Source of the DNA: Octopus sinensis | Taxonomy: Eukaryota | Length of the DNA: 64,000 nucleotides | Reading direction: 5' to 3' | NCBI RefSeq assembly: GCF_006345805.1 | Contig: NC_043003.1 | Coordinates: 73,284,001-73,348,000 of the forward strand | The notes under the pieces: model-generated | The model's database searches: none | Seen by the model: the letters and a program-made list of their open reading frames with translations, nothing else | Told to the model about the DNA's origin: nothing | Shown: piece by piece, positions 25,521-38,878 of the stretch | Numbering within the stretch: the stretch's first letter is position 1 | Layout of the letters: the number at the start of each line of letters is the position of its first letter | Made by a program: the position numbers and the translations under genes

Positions 25521-25843
25521 GTGAAGGGGCGAGGCATAGTGGTTAGGGTAAGCGGCTCACGATCGTAAGGTCCTGAGTTTGATTCCCGGCGGAGCGCTAT
25601 ATCCTTGAGCAAGATCTTATTTCTCGTTGCTCCAGTTCACTCAGCTCGCAAAAATGAATTGTACTTGTAATTCAAAGAGCCGGTCTTGTCACGTTGTGTC
25701 ACGCTGAATCTACATGAGAACTACTTTAAGGGTACGCTTTTCTGTGGAGTGCTGAGCCACTTGCACGTTGATTTCACAAGCAGGCTGTTCCGTTAATCGA
25801 ATCAACTAGAACCCTCGTCCTCATAACCAACAGAGTCTCAGGC
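25521..25843 (+). mobile_element. SINE family B2, full length
   Basis: tRNA-like head, cttgagcaag domain, B tail; 10-bp TSD tgatcgttat at 25511-25520 and 25844-25853. Confidence 0.88.
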
Positions 25844-26780
25844 TGATCGTTATAGTGTTGAAAGATACTATATTATCGTCTCCACAATGAGAGCTCTCTC
25901 GTAATACCTGTTAATTTAGTATAGGTATAGTGTGACATACAAACGACACGTTTGCATCATCAATTGCATGAATGAATCTTATTAGACTTGAAGGTAACCA
26001 GGTCACTAACATATATAAAAAAGTACAGTCTTATCCGGAACTTGATGATCACCACAGAATGTAGGATAGAGTTTATCTTCACTGGCACAAACTTCAATAT
26101 TGGGGTTTAACCTGAAGTCCCAAATTTAAAAAAAAAATGTGAGTTAGATGAAGATTTTAGATGAACAAACTCTCTTAAAAGTTATATCTTTGTTATATAT
26201 ATATATATATATTATTTCTATTTGGATAATTGATTGTAATTAGGCATTGATTTTGTTTTTCTGACTCCAAAGTTTCATAATTGTATGTAATTAAAAGATT
26301 TTAAATTATTTTAGGAAATAATATCAGTTGACAGGACTTGATCATTGTGTATCATTTCTCGTCATGGACTCTAGTAATTTTTTGCAATTCTATTTTAGTT
26401 GAATGTTGTTTTATTGTATTCAACTGCTTAAGTCTTGTGCAAAATCCATTTTTATTTGTTGAAGTCACCTCATTTCTTATCAGTGTTTTACGTTTGTAAT
26501 TTTCTACTTCTTGGTATCACTTTATCATACAAATCACTAAATGTTGGATGGCGTTTTAGCAGTACGTTCTTTTGAAAAGTAACAATCTTTTCGCATCAGT
26601 CTCCCTCTCTTAAAAAATTATTTATTACTGGATTATGCTCACATTATTCTCATTCAATTACAATCAGACACATGTTTCCTAGTGTATTTTATGTAGTAGC
26701 TGTGTGAATTTTGTTGATTTGATTGTCATCATATATATATATATATATACACATACATATATATAGGTATATGTATGTAT

Positions 26781-26886
<106 letters not shown>

Positions 26887-28265
26887 AATAAGCACGAGTT
26901 CTGAGTTCTGAGTTGTACGTCTTATTTAACATTTAATTTAACATTTCAAAGCTTATGACAGATATCTTCACTATGTGAAATCTTATTTCCGGCCACTTAA
27001 TTTTTATTAATCTAAGTCTTCTGTACTATTTATTTCTAAGCTGTCTTCTTTAACATACTTCTCATTCCAATATTTTCCTCCACTCTTAAATTCAGAGTGG
27101 ATTACGTTGAAACTTTATCATTTCTGTGGTGAATCTAATTAAATAATTCTCAGATTTAATTCATATAATCCTTGTTTAATTAGCTTTGACATATTTGCAT
27201 GAATCTTGCTAACATCTCTGATATCACTGCTTAATCCATGTTCAAATGAAATAGGTTAATTTCGTCTTCCAGTAGCTGTTCTTTACATGATAAACTTTCC
27301 GTCTGTCTCGTCGCTCGCCCGATATGTTATTTTCTAGCATGCTGTAGACTGTAAATGATAAACTTTTCTACATTACTGGAAAACTGGTTATTTTTTCTGT
27401 AATTTTTGAATCACAGCACTTATTGATGTTTGGAATAAATGCTAATTTCAGACAGAAATTATGTCACCGAATACTTCAATGTATACTATTTAGGTACTGT
27501 AACCATTGAAGAGAGAAAAACCGTCGGTGTGGTCTTGAGAGTTGCTGGAAATAAAAGTCAAATTTCAATCAAATAACAGCCTTCAATCTTTAAGTAGATA
27601 TTATGGCACTAACGCATTCACTATTGCCATCGCCGTCGCAGTCGCCGCAAATTCCACCACTGAGGCTGCGGCCGTTTCCGATGTTGACACCGCCGTCGTC
27701 GAAGTTCTCGTCGTCTTTAACATCACAAATAGCCCACCGACAATAATACGACTATGAAGGACCGCAGTACCACCACAACCTCTATCACTACCACCATATA
27801 TCCGTTACTTTCTTAGAAATAAAGAATTCTTCGAATTATGTCCCTGATATATACTGACATGACCGCAGCTGGTATGTCTTTTTCCAGATCAAACATTTGG
27901 TCATAAAAAGGAAACGCCGACGCAATCAATATTATCACCAACACGAAAACTGCCATCATCACCAGTAACTCAATGATCAACAGATCTAGCTTCAATAGTG
28001 TGGTTACACACTCAAGAAACACGACGACCACTGGAACAAACAACACTAGAACAAACATATTAATTAATTTGGCAAAAGTTATCAACATTACTAGAGTGAC
28101 TACTAGCACTAGCATTACCAGCGGCGAAGCCATCATCTCTACCGTGACACAATTTCTATCAAAACCAGTAGGAACTCCATTATCGAAAGCACAACCGTAC
28201 ACCATCACAATATTGCTAGCGCTAAGAACTCTATATCATTATCATCATGATAATGTATATCACTA

Positions 28266-28366
<101 letters not shown>

Positions 28367-28869
28367 ACTGTCTGGGTGTCTGTCTGCCTGACTGTCTGTC
28401 TGACTGTCTGTCTGCCTGCCTGTCTATCTGTCTGTTTGTCTGTCTGTCTGCCCGTCAGTTTCTTTCTGTCTGTCTGTCTTTCTCTATATATATCTTATGA
28501 AATGATATAAATGATACTGTAATTATCCACAGTTCATTAAACTTCAACGTTCAAACATTGCAGTAGACGTAATGGGAGAACTCATACATGCATACATATA
28601 ATCAGATATGTGCACAGACAACTGTGACATGCTAATTCACTCATATCCGGAAGCCTGACAGGAGCTAATACTCCCGGCAAAATATTGGCTCGTTACCAAG
28701 GCATTGATATCTTACCAATGCGTCATTGTGGGTTATGTATAAGGGAAGGACAGTAGATACCTAATTAAACGCAGCGAAACAGAGATTTGTTTTCCACACA
28801 GAAGGAGTAGAACAATTCCGAATTACCGGACGGGGAAATACCCGAACTATGTGGAAGTAAGCTAGTACA

Positions 28870-29230
28870 TCACCAGCCTTGCGACTGACACCGGGACTTG
28901 GTCACTGGTTTCTCAAGATTCTCGTACATCTTCCACCTTCTACATGAACAGCCCTCGTTGTATGGCCATCTTCTCGCATTCCATCCATCAGTATGCATAT
29001 GTATAACGTCAATGTGCTTGCGTTGACAACATTTTATGGAGATCCGGTTATAGAAGAGCAAACTCAACAACATATTTATGGAGTACTGCAATTATAGACA
29101 GTATCAACTAGGGATCCGATATCGTATTATGCACACGCTTCCATACAATATCGGATTAGGCACACGATTCCATACCATTGCATACTCATGAAGCTTGATT
29201 GTAAGTGGGTATACCCTTCTCTGCTGATGA
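28870..29230 (-). pseudogene. Possible very old RTE-like LINE 3' fragment
   Basis: Minus frames give LTIKLHEYAMV..PILYGS and MREDGHTTRAVHVEG, weakly resembling RTE RT C-terminal motifs. Confidence 0.25.
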
Positions 29231-29450
29231 ATTTTTCATCATCTACAACTAACGATTGAGTTAGCTTATTGTCTAACAGAATTGAATGGACCTACGAAAT
29301 GTACATTATGTATTCGGATATTCTAGAATTATTTTCGGAATAATGCAAACGAAATTACTAATTCAAATACTAGGGATAAGCAGGCGTGCACAGAGGCCGT
29401 GACCATTATATATGTATGTGTATATCTCTATGTGTATCCGGGTGTGTATA

Positions 29451-29494
<44 letters not shown>

Positions 29495-29574
29495 TATTTA
29501 TGTACGTATATATATATATATGGATGCATTTATGTATGTGCATGTGTGTGTGTGCGTGTATAGGGGCTGTGTGT

Positions 29575-29670
29575 GTATCTGAGTAAAAAGCTTGTTTCCC
29601 TACCATAGGACCTTGTGCTCAGTCCCACTACGCGGCAACTGGGGCAATTGTCTTTCATACAGCCCCTAGT
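29575..29670 (+). mobile_element. SINE family D 5' fragment
   Basis: aagcttgtttccctaccatagg...ctcagtcccactacgcggcaactggggcaattgtctttcatacagccc. Confidence 0.55.
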
Positions 29671-30785
29671 CGACCAATCAATCACCGCATCGATTTGGCT
29701 GTTGGCATAGTTACTATTCTCATCTCTTATTGAGATTTTCTAACTTGCTACTTTACTCGATGCAAATCAGTGACCGATGGTCGCTTTGTTTACTGTAAAT
29801 TGCGAGATGGAGCGGACTCTGGCCATCTCTTAAGTGGGTAGTTGTTCACGACAGAGGATTAGCAAAATTTGCTCGAAACCGAGTAGTTCTCGTAAACACG
29901 TCATCTGGTGGAGTCAGTACTAAAATGTTACATCATGCAAAAACAAAACGTTTTCATTGGGTGAATACAAGTAAGAATTAACCATTAAAACTTTTCAAGA
30001 ACAAGCACATAGTGCCAGATGATGCGGCCTACCCAAATTCGGCCAGAGAACGGAAAGTTTGAGTATCATATTTATATCCAGGAACTCGTTAGAGGGCCTG
30101 GATCGAGGAGGGCTTTAAATGCTTCGCTGTAACCTGGTACATAGTAAACCGAGGTATTACTGTTGTCAGTAGAATATGTGGTATTTTCCTTATTCTGAAA
30201 GTGTAGATATGTTATACCACAATGGAACTTTTCAGGCACCACACAAAATGCTAGAAAAAAGAGAATGCAGAAAATAAATTGAAATCTAACATTGAAATTC
30301 ACATTGCATTACACAATGTTTACACAGCTCAAGGCTGACATCAATTTTCTTCATAGAGGTACTTGTTCCATGAATTAAGAAACAAGGCAGCAATATTATC
30401 GAATGTATATTTCACTTTGATTCCTATTTGGCTGCTGTTTCCAGCAAAATGAACGAGCATGTACAAACTAACTTTCTGGTGATATATGAAGCAGAACTGG
30501 AATCAAAAGTTATTTCCTGGCTCTGAATGTACAACGATAGTATAAATTTTGATACACATTTTATTGTGTAATTGATAGCGGGATGACAACTCAGTTTTGC
30601 TTCTGACTACTACCCGCCATTCTTGTTTTTAGGCTGTTTTCACCACTCTCTGTCTGTCTCTTTCTTCCTCCCTGTAGATGACTATCTCTCCGTATTTAAA
30701 TTGGCCTTTCATTAAACTATCTTATAACTTCTCCATCCGTAGGTACATACCTCCATGTAACTATCAGTCACCTTTTCTAAAGGCG

Positions 30786-30820
<35 letters not shown>

Positions 30821-32558
30821 GTGTTTAGCTACGTACACACTTCCAACCCATCAGTCACCGAACCCGCGTTTTTCATATCCGTCCATCCGCTAGTCTACCC
30901 ACATATCTATCACTCCATTTATGACCAACCAACCTATCAATCAATCCTCACCTGCAACCATTTATCCACTTATTCGACGCATTCACCTACCCATCCATAG
31001 AACGAATCTTCAAAATATCTATACAGATATACAAAACCCCGCTATCCTTACATTCAGTTCTCTATCCATCGATGTATTCACTAATCTGTCATCAAATTCA
31101 CTACCCGCGGATCCAAGCATCGACCTACCAATGAATCCATCCATTGATCTATCGATCCATACGTCAAGCCATCTGCACTCTCACCACCACGACTTCTATT
31201 TTATACACACACACACGTTTCCAAAGACAGAGCTATTCAGCCAGTTAATCAACTAGCCAGGCACTGAAACGATCCAATAATCTATACAAACAACCACATA
31301 TTGTCAATCACATAACAAGCCATATTTTACGCAATTTACCGTCCATAGGCATTCCTTTATCCTATTCTCAATCACAACAAATAGTTACCTCTTTATATCT
31401 TCTGTCGCTTTCTAAAATGTCTTTCTTTTTTCGCTAGTTATTATAGTTTTCGAAGGCCCTATCATAAAATCGCTTTCTTTAATTCAAGGCCAAACCGGAA
31501 ATTAAACTTTGGTCGTTAAGAACTCCGATAATCTCAGTTAGCCAATAGGAATTGAAAGACAGTCTTTTAGTTTTCCCCACAGAGGACAATTATTTTGCAT
31601 AAAGAAAATATTGAAAACAAAATATTAACTGAATTGAAAGCTGAGAATAAAAAAAGAAAACAGGACAACAGGACATATTTCCATAATGGCACTCTTCTTA
31701 TCTTACAGAATTTAATAGGCTTCCCAGCAGTGTTGTTGTTCATTTATACATAAGATAATGGTGGATGTTAGTTTGAGGTTGTGGCGGAGTGAATGGTGGT
31801 GGTGGTAGTGATTGTTGTTGTAAGATGGTGGCCGAGGGGCTACAGTAGTGGAGTTGATGGTGAAGGTGGAGGTGATACAGCAGGAGGTAACAGTGATGCT
31901 GATAGCAGGAGGTGATGGTAGTAGTGGTGGGAGTTCAACTGAAAGGAGGACAGCTTATAAAAATGTCTGCATCTTTTCTCTTACTCGTCCACACTTTCTC
32001 TCTGTCTTTTTCTCACCCCTGTCTCTATATCGCTACACACAGACGTGTGCACGCGCCTATATATATATATATTATATATATATATACACACATACATGTA
32101 TTATATATATATGTATGTATATATGTGTATGTGTGTGAATGTATGTGTGTATGTGTAAGTGGGTGTAAGCGTATACCCACGTTAAGACCGCTAATTTCAA
32201 GATACGGTCTGCTATTTCACCAGGAAATTTTGAGAAGTTTAAGAATTACATTTCCTCCTTACTCTTAAGAAAACTCACATGATTCTAAGATATTGAAAAC
32301 TACACTTTTTCCTAAACCGAAAGTCCACTTTCAGCGTTTTAAATAAGATTTAAAGGCAGTTCAAAAATTATACATAGAAACACTCATTCATACACACGTA
32401 TGCTATACACACGTATAAATGCATGCATATATGTGCGTGCGTGCGTGTGTGTGTGTGTGTGTGTATACCAGCGTTTGTTTATCCATCATTATAAATACAA
32501 AGTGTAGGTCGGAAATTTTCGTGAATATTTGTGTTTGTACATATTCTCTTGAGTCAGA

Positions 32559-32561
<3 letters not shown>

Positions 32562-32589
<28 letters not shown>

Positions 32590-32607
32590 TGTATGTATGT
32601 ATGTATG

Positions 32608-32637
<30 letters not shown>
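32562..32637. repeat. (TATG)n microsatellite
   Basis: Direct reading. Confidence 0.95.
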
Positions 32638-32639
<2 letters not shown>

Positions 32640-32644
32640 GTTAT

Positions 32645-32756
32645 TCCAAACATGAAAGCACAAAAAACACAACAACGCGAGGACGTGGAACAAATATAGT
32701 ATTATTGGACACTCAGGAAAGAAGGAAAGAAGGAGGGTTTAACGTTTCGAGCGGAG
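32645..32756 (-). mobile_element. Penelope-type terminal-repeat fragment ending in a half hammerhead
   Basis: Minus strand cuccgcuc-GAAA-cg-UU-aaa; 5' half replaced by (TATG)n; shares gac(a/g)ctc(a/g)ggaaa with 34760-34833. Confidence 0.5.
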
Positions 32757-33294
32757 GTATGTATGTATGTATGTATGCATACATGCATACATGTATATAT
32801 GCATGTATGTCTCTTCTGCTTTTAATTATGTAAATTCTTCCTCTAACAAAGCATTTGGCTTTTAACAAGGACACAAAGCTCCATCGTTGGAATGCAGATA
32901 ACTAAAACGATGTCACATTTTAAACTTGAGAAAATTCTTGCATACTTTTACTGTTTTGCTAATAGATGGTATTTGTAATGTGCAGATCAGTTGGTTGAGT
33001 TCTTTTTCTGAAAATCGAAGTTTATCAAGACTGACAGTTGAGCATTTGCTTAGAAATCTAAGCGCTCCAGTTATTATAGGTATACATGTAAATTTGTAAT
33101 CCGGATATAAATCCTGGAGGTTTCAATGCACTTGCCCATAGTTATCTTCTTTCTCTTTGGTTTTGAGAAAAATATTCATATCAGCAAGACAGCTTATCTC
33201 TATGACGGTACATACGTTTTCTTGTTTATCCCAAACAACTATATCGGCTCTGTTATGTTTACACTTATGTTTACATGTATAAATCAATATACGT

Positions 33295-33344
<50 letters not shown>

Positions 33345-33574
33345 GTAAATGTAATATGTGGCAATTATTCGGTAGCCATGATAAAACTCCGAGTTTTGGA
33401 AGCCGAGGTGGAAATCCACGCCGCCATCTCTTATCCGGCTATCAGAAAAAAAAATGATAATTGTCACATATTACATTTACAGATAAATTCCTTTATTTAC
33501 TTAATAAATGTCCCTTTCTTTCTTTTCTTGTCTTACCATTTTTACCAATATATATATACATATATATATATATA

Positions 33575-33798
33575 CTACTAATATAGGATGAATGATTTTA
33601 TAGAAAACAAATTTCATCAAAAAAGTGGCAGCGTGTTAAAATACGTTTAAAGGTTAAAATTATAAACAAGGGGAAAGGAAAAGTTTCTTTAGCCCTTACA
33701 TATAAGTTGTTCATAATTTTAACCTTTAAATGTATTTTAATATGCTGGCACTTTTTTGATGATTTTTTTTGTAAAAAATCTTCATCCTATATTAGTAG
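33575..33798. mobile_element. TA-flanked MITE (Tc1/mariner-type) with ~95-bp TIRs
   Basis: ctactaatataggatgaa...aaaggttaaaattat is the near reverse complement of ataattttaacctttaaa...ttcatcctatattagtag; TA on both sides; ~35-bp spacer. Confidence 0.8.
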
Positions 33799-33886
33799 TA
33801 GATTTATTAGTATTCGCTATAGGGACTGATAACCACTTTAAGCTGTGGTGAGAACAGTTCACACGTGTGCTGAGGCTGACCAAAGG

Positions 33887-33918
<32 letters not shown>

Positions 33919-33991
33919 GTACTTATATGTACACATGACTTTTCCTTGGGCTTTTTTCCATGGGCGCATGTAAGTATTTCATTTATTTCTA

Positions 33992-34067
33992 TTCGTATTT
34001 TCTACTGAAGAGGAACAAATCTATTATGAGATTAATTCGGAAATTGATTCAATATAGAAATAACGAA
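33992..34067 (+). ncRNA. Type I hammerhead ribozyme motif with one mismatch closing stem II
   Basis: UUCGU-au-UUUCUA / CUGAAGA / gGAA-ca-AAUCU(auuaug)AGAUU-aa-UUCg / GAAA / UUG(auu)CAA / UA / UAGAAA-ua-ACGAA. Confidence 0.65.
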
Positions 34068-34219
34068 CTTTTAAAAAAAATTATGTTGGCTAGCTTTCCT
34101 CGATTTCAGCACAACGTATTTCTGTGGTGGGTATAATAATATGTGGAAATTGACGATTAGAAAGTCTGTTATCTGCATATTGGCATAGAAATAATTTTCT
34201 TTTGCCCTTTATTATAAGT

Positions 34220-34294
<75 letters not shown>

Positions 34295-34856
34295 CACTTA
34301 TATTGCGTCTGCTTATATTTGTGTACGCATTTATTAATATTGTGTTCTCTATATTTATACTTCTTTTCCGAATTGCATTGTATGTAGTCATGACGCTTAG
34401 CGATAATAATTTTGGGCTGCTTCTAATCCATCAGTTATCAACCATATGGTGCGAAACTGAGTAATACTGTCTGGTTGAAAGCTGATGAAGAATTAGGGAA
34501 CATCTCGGTCTGACTTCCGTTCGGTTGTACACTCAGTATACGTTGTATGTTTTTTTTACCCCGTCGTTGTTTATTTACAAAACATTTTTTATTTATTAAG
34601 TAACGGGACACATGGTACCCGGCTTTTATTAGCAGGGAGATTTATATATGTAGATGTGTACTTTTATGTAAATATACATACTTATATGCATATATAGACA
34701 TATAGATACATATATATATACACACAGAGACATGTATATACATATATAGGGAGAATTCACAAAGAAAAAAAAACAAAAGACGAAGACGAGTGGGGTAGAC
34801 AACAAACAGATGTTTTAGTTTAACGCTCGGGAAATATATACATGTACATATATATA

Positions 34857-36485
34857 CAGTTGCGGCCAAAATGTTCAGAACGACATTGTTTTCGTCAGAA
34901 AAGTAGATATAATTTTTTATCAAAGTTGTTTTATTTTCTATAATTTTTACAGACAATAAATACGACATTATTCGTTATTGCCTGAGATTTTGGTGTAATT
35001 TGAGAGGATAATACAAAAGTTATGGATGATTTAGTGATTTACTGCAAAACCTATGGCGGCCAAAATAATCAGAACAGTTGCTTTTCCTCCGTGTTTTAGT
35101 ATATTTAACCGGCGAACTCTAATGTTTTGAATTTGTTTACGTGACGGTTCGTTTACTAAACATTAGTAAGAATATTTGCAGTGAACTTTGTTAATATAAT
35201 GCCACTTATTCCGTTACCAATTCGTCAGCAGATTATTAAGCTTCGAAGGAAGGATAATTTAAGTATTGGATCTATTGCAAAGATTGTTAACAAGTCAAAA
35301 TGTGTTGTACACGGTACTCTTAAGGTCTACGATGATTGTGGTTCGTGTGAAGCAAGAAAGTTTAGAGGTAGGCCAAGAAAAACGACAAGGAGAGAAGATC
35401 GTGCTATGGTAAAGTTAGTTAAAAAGGACAGATTTAAAACTGCTGCTGCTGTTTCTCGGGAAATGAGCATTGTATTGAAGAAAACTTTATCTCGAAAAAC
35501 TGTATCTCGTCCTTTAGTTGAACATGACCTACAAGCAAGAGCACCTGCAGTGAAGCCACTGATCAACTCCAAGAATAAAAAGTGTCGTCTTACCTTTGCA
35601 ACCGAACATGTGTTGTGGTCTCAAGAAAAATGGCAAACGGAGCATTTCAGTGATGAATCTAAGTCTATGCTATTTGGCTCAGATGGGAAACGGTACGTTC
35701 GTAGAAAAGTAGGTGAAAAATTGTTGCCTAAATGCCTTAAGACTAGTGTTAAATTCGGTGGATGAAGTGTCATGGTTTGGGGAATGATATCTGGAGATGG
35801 TGTGGGCCTTTTGGTGCGATTACATGGAAAGTTAAATTCAGGAGTTTATAAACAACTTGTAAAAGATCATGTCTCGCCTGTGCTGAGAAATTCAACTAAG
35901 CGACCACCGATATTCATGCAGGACAATGCCCCATGTCACATGGCTAAGGTGGTCATGAACTTCCTCAAGGCTGAAAAGGTTATTGTTATGGATTGGCCAG
36001 CTCAAAGCCCAGATCTCAATCCTATTGAAAATGTGTGGAATAATCGAGGAGAACGTTCGAAAGCCAGAAATCCTAAAACAACTGAGCAATTATGGAATGC
36101 CCTTCAGGAAGAATGGAATAAGATCACCCAGCAAGAAATTGAAAATTTAATTTCCTCATGCAGTCGAAGATATCAGAGTGTGATTGAAGCTAAAGGGCTT
36201 CACACTAAATATTAAATAATTCCAGTATTCTCTGTCATTTTTGATTATTTTGTTATATTTTCAACCGTTCTGATTATTTTGGCCGCCATTGGTTTTGCAG
36301 TTAATCACTAAATCATCCACAACTTTTGTATTATCCTCTCAAATTACACCAAAATCTTCGAAAATAACAAATCATATTGTATTTATTGTCTGTAAAAATT
36401 ATAGAATATAAAACTACTTTGATAAAAACTTATACTTACTTTTCTGACGAAAACAATGCCGTTTTGAACATTTTGGCCGCAACTG
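34857..36485 (+). mobile_element. Full-length Tc1-family DNA transposon, IR/DR type, 1629 bp
   Basis: 224-bp TIRs (34857-35080, 36262-36485) starting cagttgcggccaaaatg, each with an inner direct repeat gcggccaaaataatcagaac; TA duplication on both sides. Confidence 0.97.
35199..36215 (+). pseudogene. Tc1 transposase (DD34E) with one in-frame TGA
   Basis: N-terminal HTH, GRPRKTT, FSDES, QDNAPCH, then 34 residues to E in SPDLNPIENVW; TGA at 35763-35765 in KFGG*SVMVWG joins the two track ORFs in frame. Confidence 0.95.
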
Positions 36486-36490
36486 TACAT

Positions 36491-36523
<33 letters not shown>

Positions 36524-37653
36524 CATACACACACAGACATTGTACATACATATACACATGTATATATATATATGTATGTGTGTGTATGTGTCTGTGTGTG
36601 ACACTCAGTGTTTTACTTTCCCTTCAACTTGACATCGGACAATGGTAGTATAAGGTGACACTCTTTTTCTGCATTTCCAATCTGTCATATAAACACTTGA
36701 ACTATTTCTCGAATATAGGCGAGAGTTGGCGACAGGAAGAGCATCCAGCCGTAAAAAAATCTTATCCTTGGGCGAATGGAAGAGTGGATGTTTTATATAT
36801 ATTGTTGCTATTATGTTAAACTGTCGTATGTCCAAATTTGGCCAAATGCGTTCTTTTCAATATTCATTTTTGCTTCGCATAGTCGGTTCTTTTGCTCAAA
36901 CTATCATATCTCCATGAGAGTTAGATGCCAAGATATCAAAAATCATCAAAGTGTTGTACAACAGTTTTACTATGGAATGGGGAAACTACCTTTTCGTTAT
37001 CTTAAAAACCAACATTTTGATCTTAAGACACTTTTGCACAATATCAACGGTACATACACGCACGCATTATGTGGACAATATCTTTTAACCAAAACACTAA
37101 ACTCTATCGGATTCTTCAAGTGCGTCGTGGGTGTACATATATTTACTTGATTGTTGATATTTAGCTATATATTCTTTCATTCTTTACGTATGCCATCATC
37201 TATCATTGATGAAACTTTCGGCATTTTTGACCACACCTCTATACTAGTATATATCTATATCTATCTGTGTGTGTGTGTGTGTGCGTGTGTGTATGTGTGT
37301 GTATATGTATGTGTGTAATCAATATGTCTTATGAACCTCAAACCAATGAATAAAATCTAAATGAAGGACTCAGTGCAGGGGTGGAATAAAAACAATAATG
37401 AACATTTTTGTGCACGAATGTATTAAGTGTGTGCATGTGTATGTATGTACGTATATGGGTTTGTGTGTGCGCGTGTGCATGTGTGTGGCGGATAATATTG
37501 ACCACTTGGGAACATTACAATCAATAATTTGAGGTTTTTCATAGACAATTTATATTTACAATATCACCATTTTTCTCAGATTTACCAAACTCTATCTGAA
37601 TTCCTCTCTGACTGTATGTGTGAGCACAAGTCTTTACGATTTTATATACCGTA

Positions 37654-37889
37654 CATACCTATTTCTTTATTACCCACAAGGGGCTAAACATAGAGGGGAC
37701 AAACAAGGACAGACATAGGTATTAAGTCGATTACATCGACCCCAGTGCGTAACTGGTACTTAATTTATCGACCCCGAAAGGATGAAAGGTAAAGTCGACC
37801 TCGGCGGAATTTGAACTCACGACGTAACGTCAGACGAAATACGGCTACGCATTTCGCCCGGAGTGCTAACGTCTCTGCCAGCTCCCCGC
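37654..37889 (-). mobile_element. SINE family A, full length
   Basis: Complete reverse-complement copy; 8-bp TSD ataccgta at 37646-37653 and 37890-37897. Confidence 0.92.
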
Positions 37890-38729
37890 ATACCGTAGGT
37901 TTGTGAAAACAAGTGTAAGTGTATGTGTATCTATATCAGGTAGTAACTGAAGTTGGTATCCGTAGCCGTGTTTTGACTTAAACGATAAAGCTTGTTTGTT
38001 GTCTTAATCATCTTTTGATCTTCGTGTTACGAAGATCAATTTATTGTTCGTCAGAAGTCTCTGATTGCTCAGTCGATATCAATGATTGATATTCACACTG
38101 AAATGGCTGTGAAAATTGGAAGAAAAATGTAGCTGTGAGTTATCGTTTGAGAATTTAACTGACAAATGAGATTCAGAGCAAAAGGAAAATAGCGAAAAAC
38201 ATCTGAAGATGGTCACCTCTGACAGATATTGACTTTATTTTGACAGAGCTAAAGTTCGTATTTCTCAAATCCCTTAAATTTTTTAATTCTTCATTTTCAC
38301 CTTCTGACATTATTTCTCTCTCTCCCTCTCTTTCTCTCTCTCTTTCTCTCTCACTCTCTTCCTGTTTCAAACTAGCTTTCTCGACTGCTGTTTCCGTTGT
38401 TCCTTCTGTCTATATTTGACATCTTTATCTGCTAAAGATTTTTCCACGATATTTCTCATTTATCATTTCTCATATATGATCGTTATAATTCTGTTAGATA
38501 GACTTTCATTACCTTCTGCCAATCTTATGTTTTCTCTCTTTCACCTTCTGTTTCAATAATTCACTTCATCCTTCTGCTCTTTTCTTTCTCTTTTACTAAC
38601 GACTTCTTTTTCCTTACAATATATGTCAAAACGGAATAAATTGCTAACTTGTAAGCGATTCATGTAATCGTAAGTTGAAACGGATTCAAAAATTGAAACG
38701 GATTCAGAAATAAATCCTCGGTGTTTCTA

Positions 38730-38878
<149 letters not shown>

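Noticed and set aside
36440-36470. CUGACGA followed by a small aaac/gttt stem
   Set aside because: Lies inside the Tc1 TIR and lacks GAAA and UH.
38016-38054. 11-bp perfect hairpin near a minus-strand CUGACGA
   Set aside because: Spacing is wrong, and GAAA and stem I are absent.
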